From the sequence record PV593634.1: 64,000 nucleotides of DNA. One strand, 5' to 3'. The notes beneath the pieces are model-generated. The model was not told the DNA's origin. It searched no databases and saw only the letters and a list, made by a program, of their open reading frames with translations. Every line of letters starts with the position of its first letter. Positions within the stretch are counted from its first letter, which is position 1. Shown in pieces: positions 38,467 to 46,787 of the stretch. The translations under genes and the position numbers were made by a program.

Positions 38467-38491
38467 ATGTTTATCGATAGGTGGGTGAACT

Positions 38492-38662
38492 ATGAGCAAC
38501 GTAAATCAAAAGCATATCGAAACCATGGCCGAACGTTATGCAAAGGAACGTAGCGGACTTCCTCCCAAAATTATTCCTCCATCTACAGGTATTGGTTACT
38601 TTATTCTGATGGACGAAAGCGGGATCCCTGTTAAGAAGGAAGATCTTGATGCGAGAACCTAA
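38492..38662 (+). CDS. 56-aa hypothetical protein (MSNVNQKHIETMAERY...KEDLDART)
   Basis: AGGTG RBS; overlaps the next start; not in the track. Confidence 0.5.
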   Translation: MSNVNQKHIETMAERYAKERSGLPPKIIPPSTGIGYFILMDESGIPVKKEDLDART

Positions 38663-39020
38663 TCGTGGTGAACGTATAGAGGGAAGTAAACTGTTGTCCG
38701 CATACTACGGTAAAATGCTGACCATGCAGAGTGCTACCTTATTAGTTCATAAAGGACATGCTTTCCTAGCAACACAGGAAGGTTTCTTTGACTTGGGTAC
38801 CGATCACTCCGTATTCAAATATTGGATTAAGATGGGTGACGCTTTGGAGTTTGAAGCTGTACCTGTTGATTTCGGTAAAGACTATGCCGTTGACGGTAAG
38901 TTAATAGCGGCTGATCATAAAGGCGAACACTGGATAGTCCTGAATCCTGATTCTAAGGATAAGACCTTAAGCTCTTTAACCCGTCCACCAATTCTAATCT
39001 CTTACATTAAGGCAAAATAA
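38649..39020 (+). CDS. hypothetical protein
   Basis: ATG at 38649 after AAGGA. Confidence 0.6.
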   Translation: MREPNRGERIEGSKLLSAYYGKMLTMQSATLLVHKGHAFLATQEGFFDLGTDHSVFKYWIKMGDALEFEAVPVDFGKDYAVDGKLIAADHKGEHWIVLNPDSKDKTLSSLTRPPILISYIKAK

Positions 39021-39253
39021 TGCAAGATCAACATCAAGACCCAATATCTGAACTAAACCAAATATTGGAAGCTGATAGCGAAACTACTATCTATTTAGAA
39101 ACAGAAGCGTATCATGAAGCTGAACCATTCCCTGCGTTACAGTGTGAATCGGACGAGTCTATTGAAACACCAAGGATGAAAACTGATAGTCGTCGCACTA
39201 TGCAGCAAGGTCCTAAGGGTAACATCTACCCATCACCCAAAAGAGGTCGTTAA
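39020..39253 (+). CDS. acidic protein with basic C-terminal tail
   Basis: 77 aa, ends GPKGNIYPSPKRGR; TAATG coupling. Confidence 0.6.
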   Translation: MQDQHQDPISELNQILEADSETTIYLETEAYHEAEPFPALQCESDESIETPRMKTDSRRTMQQGPKGNIYPSPKRGR

Positions 39254-39582
39254 TGGATAAGCACGTTGAACAGTTAGACTTCTTTGAAATCAAGCTGCTG
39301 GAAAACAAATACGGGACATTAATTGTCCGTAATGGAAAAGCCTACATCTATGTAGGTTCAGACAAATATCATTTACTTGAAGGTGAAGTAGGTGAATATA
39401 TTCCCAAAGATGAAGATCCCCTTGTTGGTGCTAAGCCATTTAAGATGGATCAAGATCGTAAGTGGGAAGGTAAGTTTTATCTGTGGCAGAACGAAGATAA
39501 GTTTGTTCTGGTGTTCTTTGAACTCACTCGTCAGCAACTCCCGCTTATTTTACGAGCCGGTAGTGCGTTAAATTCTTTATAG
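39253..39582 (+). CDS. hypothetical protein
   Basis: 109 aa, TAATG coupling. Confidence 0.6.
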   Translation: MDKHVEQLDFFEIKLLENKYGTLIVRNGKAYIYVGSDKYHLLEGEVGEYIPKDEDPLVGAKPFKMDQDRKWEGKFYLWQNEDKFVLVFFELTRQQLPLILRAGSALNSL

Positions 39583-39590
39583 GAGAAACT

Positions 39591-39986
39591 ATGTTCAAAT
39601 TCTTTAAATGGTTCTTCGGTCAGAAGGACGAAAGCAAGTTAGATGTAACACGTAAGCTTCGTGGATATCGTGATCCCAAGGAAATTGGAGCTGTCGACCC
39701 AACTGTGGTAAAGGAAGTATTAGCAGATGTCATGAAGTTTATAGAGAACGACGTAAAGGATATCGACGATCTTCAGAAACGTATTATCGTTCCTCTTGAT
39801 ATCACTCCAGAGGTAGTCGACCATATCCTCCGTTCCAGCGGCTTCCAGAAATCAGTGGTCACGTCAAACGGTATTGACTACGATCCACGTTTAATCTCGC
39901 TGATTAACCTTACGCTAAACGTTTACTACGGCGGTGTTGCTAAGCGTATTACAAAGTCTGTTGATTTATTAACAGCTCGTAGTTAA
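39591..39986 (+). CDS. hypothetical protein
   Basis: 131 aa, AGGAG RBS. Confidence 0.6.
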   Translation: MFKFFKWFFGQKDESKLDVTRKLRGYRDPKEIGAVDPTVVKEVLADVMKFIENDVKDIDDLQKRIIVPLDITPEVVDHILRSSGFQKSVVTSNGIDYDPRLISLINLTLNVYYGGVAKRITKSVDLLTARS

Positions 39987-40052
39987 AGTAAACAGAAACC
40001 TAAATGAGGTGTTAACCAAACACCTCCTTTCAATTTAATCGAGGATTTATAA

Positions 40053-41507
40053 ATGGCTCTTAAACCTACCAAAATCAAGAACAGTTCACAGTCCGGTAAG
40101 AAAAATATTGCTGACGAACTGAACGAAGTTATTGAAACACAACTCCCAACTGTTGAAGAAACCAAAGCGGAACTTCAACCTGTTGTTCGGAAAACACTTA
40201 TTGAAGCACTGACAGAGGAAGTAAACAGCTCGTCTCCTGACGAACTGGAAGCTGCCGATGAATTCGCTAACAATAAAGCTGCCGATTTCGAATACTCTAT
40301 TGTTAACGAAGATTATGACGATGTTCGTTATCCAGGTGATAAACCAGTTCTATCCATTGCCGGTAAGAAAATCGAACTGCTGGAACTACCTGCCGGTAAA
40401 ACGCCATTCATCAACCACAGTCGTTATCACGATGGTGACGATTTAATTGTAACGAGTACAGACCCTCGTTCTAGCTTGGGTAATTACAGCCGTAGCCGTA
40501 TTCCTACTGATAAAAAGATCAAGTGGTTTACCGCTACCGTAAACGATATTACCTTTAACCTGTCTTCTGGTTCCCAAGTTCAGATTAAGGAAGGTATCGA
40601 TGGTTATGGTTGGGTACATGACGACTATCAGGCAGTTAGTCAAGGCCCGGTTAAACGTGAACTAAATGTAATCGCCTCCAAAATTGAATGCAATCATTTA
40701 TCTATCGAAGGTAAATGTGTAATCAACAACTCCGTATTGATGGCCCAACATTACATCCATATCCAAGGTTGTATCGTATCGTGTTCTAATATACATTCTG
40801 ATTACAACATCGATATCAAATCAAGTCGTGTTTCCCAGTCAGGTATCTATGGTGCCAACTATGTGAACATCAACGACAAGTCTCATATCGACGGCGCTTA
40901 CATCTCTGGTCTGGGTCGGATCACCATTAGTGACAGTCGTACAACTGACGGTTTCAAAATCTCCCTACACGCCCGCCATGGTGTTTTACAGCCAGCGCTG
41001 GATATTAAAGGGATGCTGGTATCTCGCTTTGATTCCTTCTTCGGGGATATGGAGAAAGCTACCAAAGTTTACCAAGAAAATGAAAACCGTTATTCTGACA
41101 TGATTCTGCGTATTGAACGTCGTATCGACTACGGTGTGTTCTCCGGTATCACGGAAATGCCATTTATTCGTGTTGGGGATCACTCCATGTTAATAGGTGG
41201 TGAGTTATTTACCTCTGAAGAGTTCTTCGGTAAGGCATGTCAAGATACTCAACCTAAGCCGGTTGACCCAACCATATATCGTTCCGAAGAAACATCATTC
41301 CGTCCTAACTTCGGTGTAGGTGTCCTGGGCGGTGGCTCTTATTATAAAGGCTCTTTAGTTTGGAACCGCGCTGCTAAAGTTCTATATGGATATAAACACA
41401 GAAACCTGGTAGTTGGCAAATCTGGCGAAGCAATGGTTAACACCCTGGTGGAGCAGATCAAATCTCGTCTTGGTCTGTATGTAGAAATCAACAACATGGG
41501 TTTGTAA
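40053..41507 (+). CDS. hypothetical protein with a central beta-helix-like stretch
   Basis: 484 aa, GAGG RBS; alternating I/V-x repeats (IECNHLSIEGKCVINNSVL...VNINDKSHIDGAYISG). Confidence 0.6.
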   Translation: MALKPTKIKNSSQSGKKNIADELNEVIETQLPTVEETKAELQPVVRKTLIEALTEEVNSSSPDELEAADEFANNKAADFEYSIVNEDYDDVRYPGDKPVLSIAGKKIELLELPAGKTPFINHSRYHDGDDLIVTSTDPRSSLGNYSRSRIPTDKKIKWFTATVNDITFNLSSGSQVQIKEGIDGYGWVHDDYQAVSQGPVKRELNVIASKIECNHLSIEGKCVINNSVLMAQHYIHIQGCIVSCSNIHSDYNIDIKSSRVSQSGIYGANYVNINDKSHIDGAYISGLGRITISDSRTTDGFKISLHARHGVLQPALDIKGMLVSRFDSFFGDMEKATKVYQENENRYSDMILRIERRIDYGVFSGITEMPFIRVGDHSMLIGGELFTSEEFFGKACQDTQPKPVDPTIYRSEETSFRPNFGVGVLGGGSYYKGSLVWNRAAKVLYGYKHRNLVVGKSGEAMVNTLVEQIKSRLGLYVEINNMGL

Positions 41508-41508
41508 T

Positions 41509-42201
41509 ATGGTAACAACAGCCGCTATTAATGAAGCTCTGAATGAAGAGATTCTAAGACTGAACCATACGTTTGGTAACCTGCTAGTTCACGTGTCTGG
41601 CGAAGGGAAGGTAGATTTCCGTGCAGCTGGTCAGGGTTCTGGTTGGTTAGGTATGATCAAAGTTATCTACTCAGGTGACGTTGGTTGCATGAAACCATAT
41701 AAAGGTCATGATACTTGTGCCTTTGACCAAGCTATCGAATTCCTGATGGATTTGGATATGGTTCCTCACTTGAACTCTTCTATTAATGAAGAGTATACGG
41801 TGAGTCCAGAAGTATGGCGTAAGTTTATCCAGGACATCAAAGAAGAATGTTCCTTCGTGGGTAATCCTAAGCCTAAGTACACTTTCGAACTGAAACAGGA
41901 AGACGGGGATAAGGTTGTTACAACCATTACTCTTGAACCTCTGTGTAATGAGTTCGTAGTAGGCGAAGTAACGGCTGCTAAGCATGCTGAATTCATCGGT
42001 ATTATTAAGGACTATGATCAACCGAAGATCAACACTTGCTTTATCGTAGCAGAGGACAAGGAATACGAAATCGATATGGATAACTTAATCCATTTCCGTC
42101 ATCGTAAGTTCATTCCTCGTCCGGGCGATTATCTCCTGAAACATCAGGATAAGATCGACGTCTTCATTGTCCTCCCTCAGGAAGACTATTCAATTCACTA
42201 A
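41509..42201 (+). CDS. hypothetical protein
   Basis: 230 aa. Confidence 0.6.
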   Translation: MVTTAAINEALNEEILRLNHTFGNLLVHVSGEGKVDFRAAGQGSGWLGMIKVIYSGDVGCMKPYKGHDTCAFDQAIEFLMDLDMVPHLNSSINEEYTVSPEVWRKFIQDIKEECSFVGNPKPKYTFELKQEDGDKVVTTITLEPLCNEFVVGEVTAAKHAEFIGIIKDYDQPKINTCFIVAEDKEYEIDMDNLIHFRHRKFIPRPGDYLLKHQDKIDVFIVLPQEDYSIH

Positions 42202-42209
42202 GGACTAAC

Positions 42210-42317
42210 ATGCAAGTTTATTGCTGTCGTACTTGTGGTTGTGCGGTACAAGAATCTGAAGCCCATTGGTATTTGGGTGAAGTTTATTGTTCTTGCAAAT
42301 GTGTGGAAACTGAGTAA
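42210..42317 (+). CDS. 35-aa Cys-rich microprotein, TRASH/FCS-like zinc finger (MQVYCCRTCGCAVQESEAHWYLGEVYCSCKCVETE)
   Basis: AAGGA RBS, 7 Cys, CxxC...YCSxxC pattern; last gene before a terminator; not in the track. Confidence 0.65.
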   Translation: MQVYCCRTCGCAVQESEAHWYLGEVYCSCKCVETE

Positions 42318-42322
42318 TAACA

Positions 42323-42350
42323 ACCTCTCTTACCTTCGGGTAAGAGAGGT
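42323..42350 (+). terminator. intrinsic terminator
   Basis: ACCTCTCTTACC-TTCG-GGTAAGAGAGGT perfect 12-bp stem. Confidence 0.85.
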
Positions 42351-42371
42351 ATTACATTTTAGTTGTATTTC

Positions 42372-42398
42372 TTTTCAAACATACATTATCTACGTGTA
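42372..42398 (+). promoter_or_regulatory. putative phage early promoter (EL/OBP-type motif)
   Basis: TTTTCAAACATACATTATCTACGTGTA, matching my recollection of the TTTYAAANNTACATTATY motif of EL/OBP-like phages; lies between a terminator and a run of small genes. Confidence 0.65.
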
Positions 42399-42429
42399 TA
42401 CAAAGCAGTATCAAATATGGAGGTTCGCT

Positions 42430-42513
42430 ATGGGCGGATATCTAATCGTTATTATACTCGCAGTACTGTTAGTCTGCGGTGCTATCAACTGGCTATGTGA
42501 GGCAAGACCATGA
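42430..42513 (+). CDS. 27-aa single-TM peptide (MGGYLIVIILAVLLVCGAINWLCEARP)
   Basis: ATG at 42430 after GGAGG, first gene after the promoter; track ORF 42235..42513 over-extends across the terminator. Confidence 0.55.
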   Translation: MGGYLIVIILAVLLVCGAINWLCEARP

Positions 42514-42731
42514 CTCGTGAAGAAGCATTGAAAAAGTTACATGACGAAATCCAACGTCATAAAGCATATGGCGATCATATCGCTATGGATATCTGCTGTC
42601 ATGAAATGGAAGAGATAGAAGCCATGACGGAAGAAGAATACCAGAAACTGGCTAAGTTGAAGAAAGACTATGCCGCGTTATCTGTTAAACCACAACAAGT
42701 AGGAGTTTCAAAATGGATGAAGAAGATCTGA
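42510..42731 (+). CDS. hypothetical helical protein
   Basis: 73 aa, ATGA overlap, GAGG RBS. Confidence 0.6.
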   Translation: MTREEALKKLHDEIQRHKAYGDHIAMDICCHEMEEIEAMTEEEYQKLAKLKKDYAALSVKPQQVGVSKWMKKI

Positions 42732-42871
42732 TCTGGGAGGATGAGGAAGATCAAGATGATCTTAATTCCCACCCTTGTCCTAACTGTGGTACCGAATTAC
42801 CTGACGACGCTTCTGCTACACTGGGTCTCTGTACTGAGTGTTTTGAAGCAGCTTATAATACCGAAATTTAA
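42713..42871 (+). CDS. 52-aa acidic C4 zinc-finger microprotein (MDEEDLIWEDEEDQDDLNSHPCPNCGTELPDDASATLGLCTECFEAAYNTEI)
   Basis: AGGAG RBS at 42701; CPNC-x14-CTEC; occupies the interval the track assigns to the 5' extension of 42741..43517. Confidence 0.7.
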   Translation: MDEEDLIWEDEEDQDDLNSHPCPNCGTELPDDASATLGLCTECFEAAYNTEI

Positions 42872-42887
42872 TTTAGAGAGAAACAAA

Positions 42888-43517
42888 ATGTCTAAGAAAG
42901 AACTGTTGATTAAAGACCTGAACGAAACCGCAGCCGTGGCTAAAGAACTGGGTCTAACGGATTATGTTCATCAGTTAGAGATCGATATCTCAAGAGTTGC
43001 AGATATGAGTGAGTCCGCGGCGGCCATTGCTCATGCCGATTGGTTGCTGGCTAAAGCTAAACCTCTGAGTTTCCAGATGGAACAGGTTAAAGAGGTTAAG
43101 CCAGCCAATGGTGCCAAAACTTTACCAACTCGTTATCGTTACAAACTGCGTGGTTTGGAAAACGAATACCTGAACGTTGGTGCTGACGGAAAACTTGGTG
43201 CAGCCCGTACACTGGAAACCCTCGTAGGGATCCTGGAAGGCATCGACAAGAACCGCATGTGTAACTTCGAGTATTTCTACAGCATGACCACTGGCGTTGC
43301 TCCTGAGCGTTCTCCTAACGATTATCGCGATGCTTCCCCCGTAACTGCAGTGAGTGTTGAGATCCGTCGCTTTAAGAAAGGCGAACAGATCATCATTAAA
43401 CTGTACGAATGTCGTGGCCGTGTTGAATATGTCCAGTTCGATTCCAATTACTACTTGATCCAGGAAGTAGTCAAAGGTTTCCAAACTGCCATCAACCGTC
43501 TGCGTAAGGATAACTGA
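42888..43517 (+). CDS. hypothetical protein
   Basis: Probable true start ATG at 42888 (MSKKELL...). Confidence 0.6.
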   Translation: MSKKELLIKDLNETAAVAKELGLTDYVHQLEIDISRVADMSESAAAIAHADWLLAKAKPLSFQMEQVKEVKPANGAKTLPTRYRYKLRGLENEYLNVGADGKLGAARTLETLVGILEGIDKNRMCNFEYFYSMTTGVAPERSPNDYRDASPVTAVSVEIRRFKKGEQIIIKLYECRGRVEYVQFDSNYYLIQEVVKGFQTAINRLRKDN

Positions 43518-43708
43518 TGATTACTAAAGACCGTATTGTGGCAAGACTCCGCCATGGCATGTTGAAGATGACAATGCCTAAAGTGAAGATGATCATTGAG
43601 ATGGAAATCGAAATGATTGAACGCATGACCGATGCTGAGTTTCTTGAGTACGCTCAGAAGAAAGCAGGTCAATTGGCTCAACGTAATGTCGTAACCAAAA
43701 AGGCATAA
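43517..43708 (+). CDS. hypothetical protein
   Basis: 63 aa, TGATG coupling. Confidence 0.55.
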   Translation: MITKDRIVARLRHGMLKMTMPKVKMIIEMEIEMIERMTDAEFLEYAQKKAGQLAQRNVVTKKA

Positions 43709-43710
43709 AC

Positions 43711-43977
43711 ATGAAACTGTCCAAGTTACTCCCTGTTGTATTATTCGCCGGAATGCTGTTAGCTTTCGGTAGTCTGGTGTCTGGCTATTTGAAAGCTGAA
43801 GATGTCATCACCAAAGTGTTAAACGGGTACAACTACACAGAGGTTAATGTTATCTCTGCGGTTAAAGGTTGTTCTCGTGGTGACGGCTATCTGTTCGAAG
43901 CCAAATCAGAAGGTAAAGATGTTAAAGGTGTAATCTGTACTTTTGATGGCAATACTCCAGCGATCGCTGAACTCTAA
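43711..43977 (+). CDS. small membrane-anchored protein
   Basis: N-terminal TM helix; C-terminal GC..GD...F.A...G..V.GVIC pattern. Confidence 0.6.
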   Translation: MKLSKLLPVVLFAGMLLAFGSLVSGYLKAEDVITKVLNGYNYTEVNVISAVKGCSRGDGYLFEAKSEGKDVKGVICTFDGNTPAIAEL

Positions 43978-43993
43978 CTTAAAGGTAAATAAA

Positions 43994-44401
43994 ATGAAAG
44001 ATCAATTCAAAGCAACTCGTCGTAACCTGATCGAAGAAATGAAAACTCTGCGTTCTCGTCGTAATGCGCTGAAAGGCATTAAAGGTGTTTCTGATCTGTG
44101 GGATTCCCTGACCAAGGAAATGGATGATACCCAGGACAAGATTGACGTACTGAGCAAAGCGTTGGGTCTGCCGGTTCAAGAACGTATCGCTACCAAGCGT
44201 AATGGTAAGTTCAAAGTTAAAACCAAACCTGTGGAAAAGGAATTGCATAGCGCTCAAATGGTAGGACGCATGAATCGTCCTAAGGTAGAGCCCAAGGTTT
44301 ACGACTACAACGGCCGTAAGAAAGGTATTGCTAAACTGGAAATTCCAGAAGACCAAATGCCTAAAGATGTTAATGGAAACATCGCGGTGGTCGCTCACTA
44401 A
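43994..44401 (+). CDS. basic hypothetical protein
   Basis: ATG at 43994 after AAGG; Lys/Arg-rich with coiled coil. Confidence 0.6.
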   Translation: MKDQFKATRRNLIEEMKTLRSRRNALKGIKGVSDLWDSLTKEMDDTQDKIDVLSKALGLPVQERIATKRNGKFKVKTKPVEKELHSAQMVGRMNRPKVEPKVYDYNGRKKGIAKLEIPEDQMPKDVNGNIAVVAH

Positions 44402-44450
44402 TAACAGTGAACGCAATACCTTATATTAACCTAACGAAAAGAGAAACAAA

Positions 44451-45080
44451 ATGGCTAAGCAAAAGAAACCACGTAACAAAACTTATGCACCTCTGCGTGC
44501 TCGTGTTAAGCATGTTCAGACAGTTCTGAATAAAGCAATCAATAAGTTCTACATGATCGGTGACATGAACCATGCTCCTGCATCGTTCCACCTGTCTGAT
44601 GTACAACTTCATTTGAAGCCTGCGGATGCGGCTATCGCTTATCAAGAACTTGCTAAGTTTCTGTACGGAGAAAAGAAGCCATGGGGAGTGGGGATTTACC
44701 ACTTCTTTGAAATTGACGGTGCGGTAGAAGTTGTACCTGCTGTTATTAAAATGGATAATACGGATCTGCGTGAAGTAGCAGATTCTGTTGAGCAGCACAT
44801 TGCCGATACTAAAGCTGCTATCCTGGATCCTGAAAATGGATTCACTGAAGAATCACATATCTTCTATGGTTACTATATTAACTACGGAGATAACTTGAGC
44901 TGGGATGCAATGGAAGGTGAGATCATCGAGGCGTTGATGAAAGTCAATAATGACCTGGAAGATATAAAGCCGGAAGTTGTAACGTGTGATTCTGAGAAAG
45001 TGTTAATGGCATTACGCAATGAGAAGTTCAGCATTAGCGACACCTTATCACTTTCTACCAATATGCAAGAAACCAAATAA
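44451..45080 (+). CDS. hypothetical phage protein (MAKQKKPRNKTY N-terminus)
   Basis: 209 aa with a basic N-terminal motif. Confidence 0.65.
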   Translation: MAKQKKPRNKTYAPLRARVKHVQTVLNKAINKFYMIGDMNHAPASFHLSDVQLHLKPADAAIAYQELAKFLYGEKKPWGVGIYHFFEIDGAVEVVPAVIKMDNTDLREVADSVEQHIADTKAAILDPENGFTEESHIFYGYYINYGDNLSWDAMEGEIIEALMKVNNDLEDIKPEVVTCDSEKVLMALRNEKFSISDTLSLSTNMQETK

Positions 45081-45106
45081 CTTAACTTACTTAGAAGGAA
45101 ACAACA

Positions 45107-45400
45107 ATGTCTATTTCACGTCTGATTTTTACTGCATTTTCCGATTCCATGGCTTCCGGTATCACTACCTTTGAAGTTAAAGCAACTCTGGACGGAAAGG
45201 AACTGAAACATACTTCTCTACCTTTCAAAGATTCCAAGCTGACCAATGTAACGGTTAACGCCTTTGCTCGTGGTGCTTACGAAAGCATTCTTCATCAAGC
45301 CCGTCTGGAAGCAGAAGAGTTTGAGATCTTCCGTCACAAAGACTTCAATGAAGACTGTGCCGGTTTAGAAATCCCAGTGGCTATCTTTGCTCTCAACTAA
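45107..45400 (+). CDS. hypothetical protein
   Basis: 97 aa, AAGGA RBS. Confidence 0.6.
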   Translation: MSISRLIFTAFSDSMASGITTFEVKATLDGKELKHTSLPFKDSKLTNVTVNAFARGAYESILHQARLEAEEFEIFRHKDFNEDCAGLEIPVAIFALN

Positions 45401-45434
45401 TCAACCCAATAAACTTTAGATAAGGAATACACAA

Positions 45435-45812
45435 ATGAAACACAATCTGACTCTGACCGATCTGATCGTAAACACTGATGCTATCGCTGATGACTATCGC
45501 GTTAAAGTAAGTATCGAAATCGTTGCTACAATCAACGGTAACGTGATTAAACACATTACCCGTCCGCTTATACTCTCTAGCGGCCCGCACAAGCTAGCGA
45601 TCGTTAGAACTGAATTTGAGCGCGCTCTGAGCGGTATCTGTCTGCAAGCTGCTTTGTATCTGCAGAACCGTAACATCGAAGTGTTCTATCCAGCAGGGAT
45701 GACTATTGAGGAGAAGCTGTCTACATTCAACTTGAAACAGACTGCGTCTTTCAACAATGATGTTCACGCTCACGATCTGGGTACTTCTTCAATCACCACG
45801 GCGATCTGGTAA
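45435..45812 (+). CDS. hypothetical protein
   Basis: 125 aa, AAGGA RBS. Confidence 0.6.
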   Translation: MKHNLTLTDLIVNTDAIADDYRVKVSIEIVATINGNVIKHITRPLILSSGPHKLAIVRTEFERALSGICLQAALYLQNRNIEVFYPAGMTIEEKLSTFNLKQTASFNNDVHAHDLGTSSITTAIW

Positions 45813-46564
45813 TGACTAAATTCCTCGAAGTTCATACTGGGACAACGAGGATGGTCTTTCTAATTGGTAAGTACGCTTTTAAGATTCCCGTACTGAATAG
45901 CTGGCGGGGGTTCCTTAAGGGACTCCTTGCTAACTCCAATGAAAGATCTATCTGGCATTTGTGTCCTGATTATTTTCTACCTGTTCTCTGGTCTTTACCA
46001 GGGGGTTGGTTAGTTTGTATGCCGAGAGCCAAAACGTATACGGTGGAAGGTCCGATCTATCGTTGCTTTATGGCTGATCTATTTCATGGTGATAATGATG
46101 GCTACGATCAGGCTCTAACAGCGCGTCGTTATTGTGAAGCTTTCTGGAAGAACATTGGTTGGTATAAAGGTAGACCTATCTGTATTGATTATGGTACTTA
46201 CGTTAATCCAGATAGTACCGAAGATACTTTTAATACCGAGCTAACTTATTACCGCATTAAAACTAAACGTTTGGTTGAGGAGCAAGAAGATGTCCCTTAT
46301 GCCCCGCCTGAAGAGGCTCAGCACTACATCCCCGTTAACCTTAATACGGGAAACTATGCAATGGATATGGCTGCGTTGGATATACCGGCATTTACCGCTA
46401 AACCTCAAAGTGTACATCGCTTTGAAGACCATGGCGTATTGGACTTGGAAGAGGGAGTTCAAGGCGCGACTGTTTGGGGGCCGAGCCATCCATGTATACA
46501 ACTCGGGATCGTGGACAACATTCGTATCACCAGAGGGAACGGAACACAAATACCGATTTGTTGA
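45812..46564 (+). CDS. protein-kinase-like fold protein
   Basis: GTTRMVF (P-loop-like), YAFK (VAIK Lys), ANSNE (alphaC Glu), EAFWKNIG (catalytic-loop position), IDYG (DFG position). Confidence 0.55.
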   Translation: MTKFLEVHTGTTRMVFLIGKYAFKIPVLNSWRGFLKGLLANSNERSIWHLCPDYFLPVLWSLPGGWLVCMPRAKTYTVEGPIYRCFMADLFHGDNDGYDQALTARRYCEAFWKNIGWYKGRPICIDYGTYVNPDSTEDTFNTELTYYRIKTKRLVEEQEDVPYAPPEEAQHYIPVNLNTGNYAMDMAALDIPAFTAKPQSVHRFEDHGVLDLEEGVQGATVWGPSHPCIQLGIVDNIRITRGNGTQIPIC

Positions 46565-46787
46565 CTTCCGTTATCAATATAGTAAGATCCCGTGGTTCCG
46601 TCCCAGTAAGCGCCAACAAGGTCATCAGTTTAATAGCGAGATCGCTGTACCCCTGAAATATACAGACCCTGAAGAAGCTCTACGGAGCTTTAACCGGGTT
46701 AACGCCATGATTACTGGATATAACCGCAATATCCAACGTATGAATAAACACGCGGCACTTCGTGAAGAAATGGGAATCAACAAATGA
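46431..46787 (+). CDS. hypothetical protein
   Basis: Probable start ATG at 46431 (MAYWTWKREFK...) within track ORF 46275..46787; overlaps the upstream gene by 134 nt. Confidence 0.5.
   Translation: MAYWTWKREFKARLFGGRAIHVYNSGSWTTFVSPEGTEHKYRFVDFRYQYSKIPWFRPSKRQQGHQFNSEIAVPLKYTDPEEALRSFNRVNAMITGYNRNIQRMNKHAALREEMGINK

Noticed and set aside
42235-42429. 5' part of track ORF 42235..42513
   Set aside because: It runs across a terminator and a promoter; the true start is likely 42430.
42741-42887. Track N-terminal extension (MRKIKMILIPTLV...) suggesting a membrane protein
   Set aside because: The interval is better explained by the acidic zinc-finger ORF 42713..42871 in another frame plus a start at 42888.
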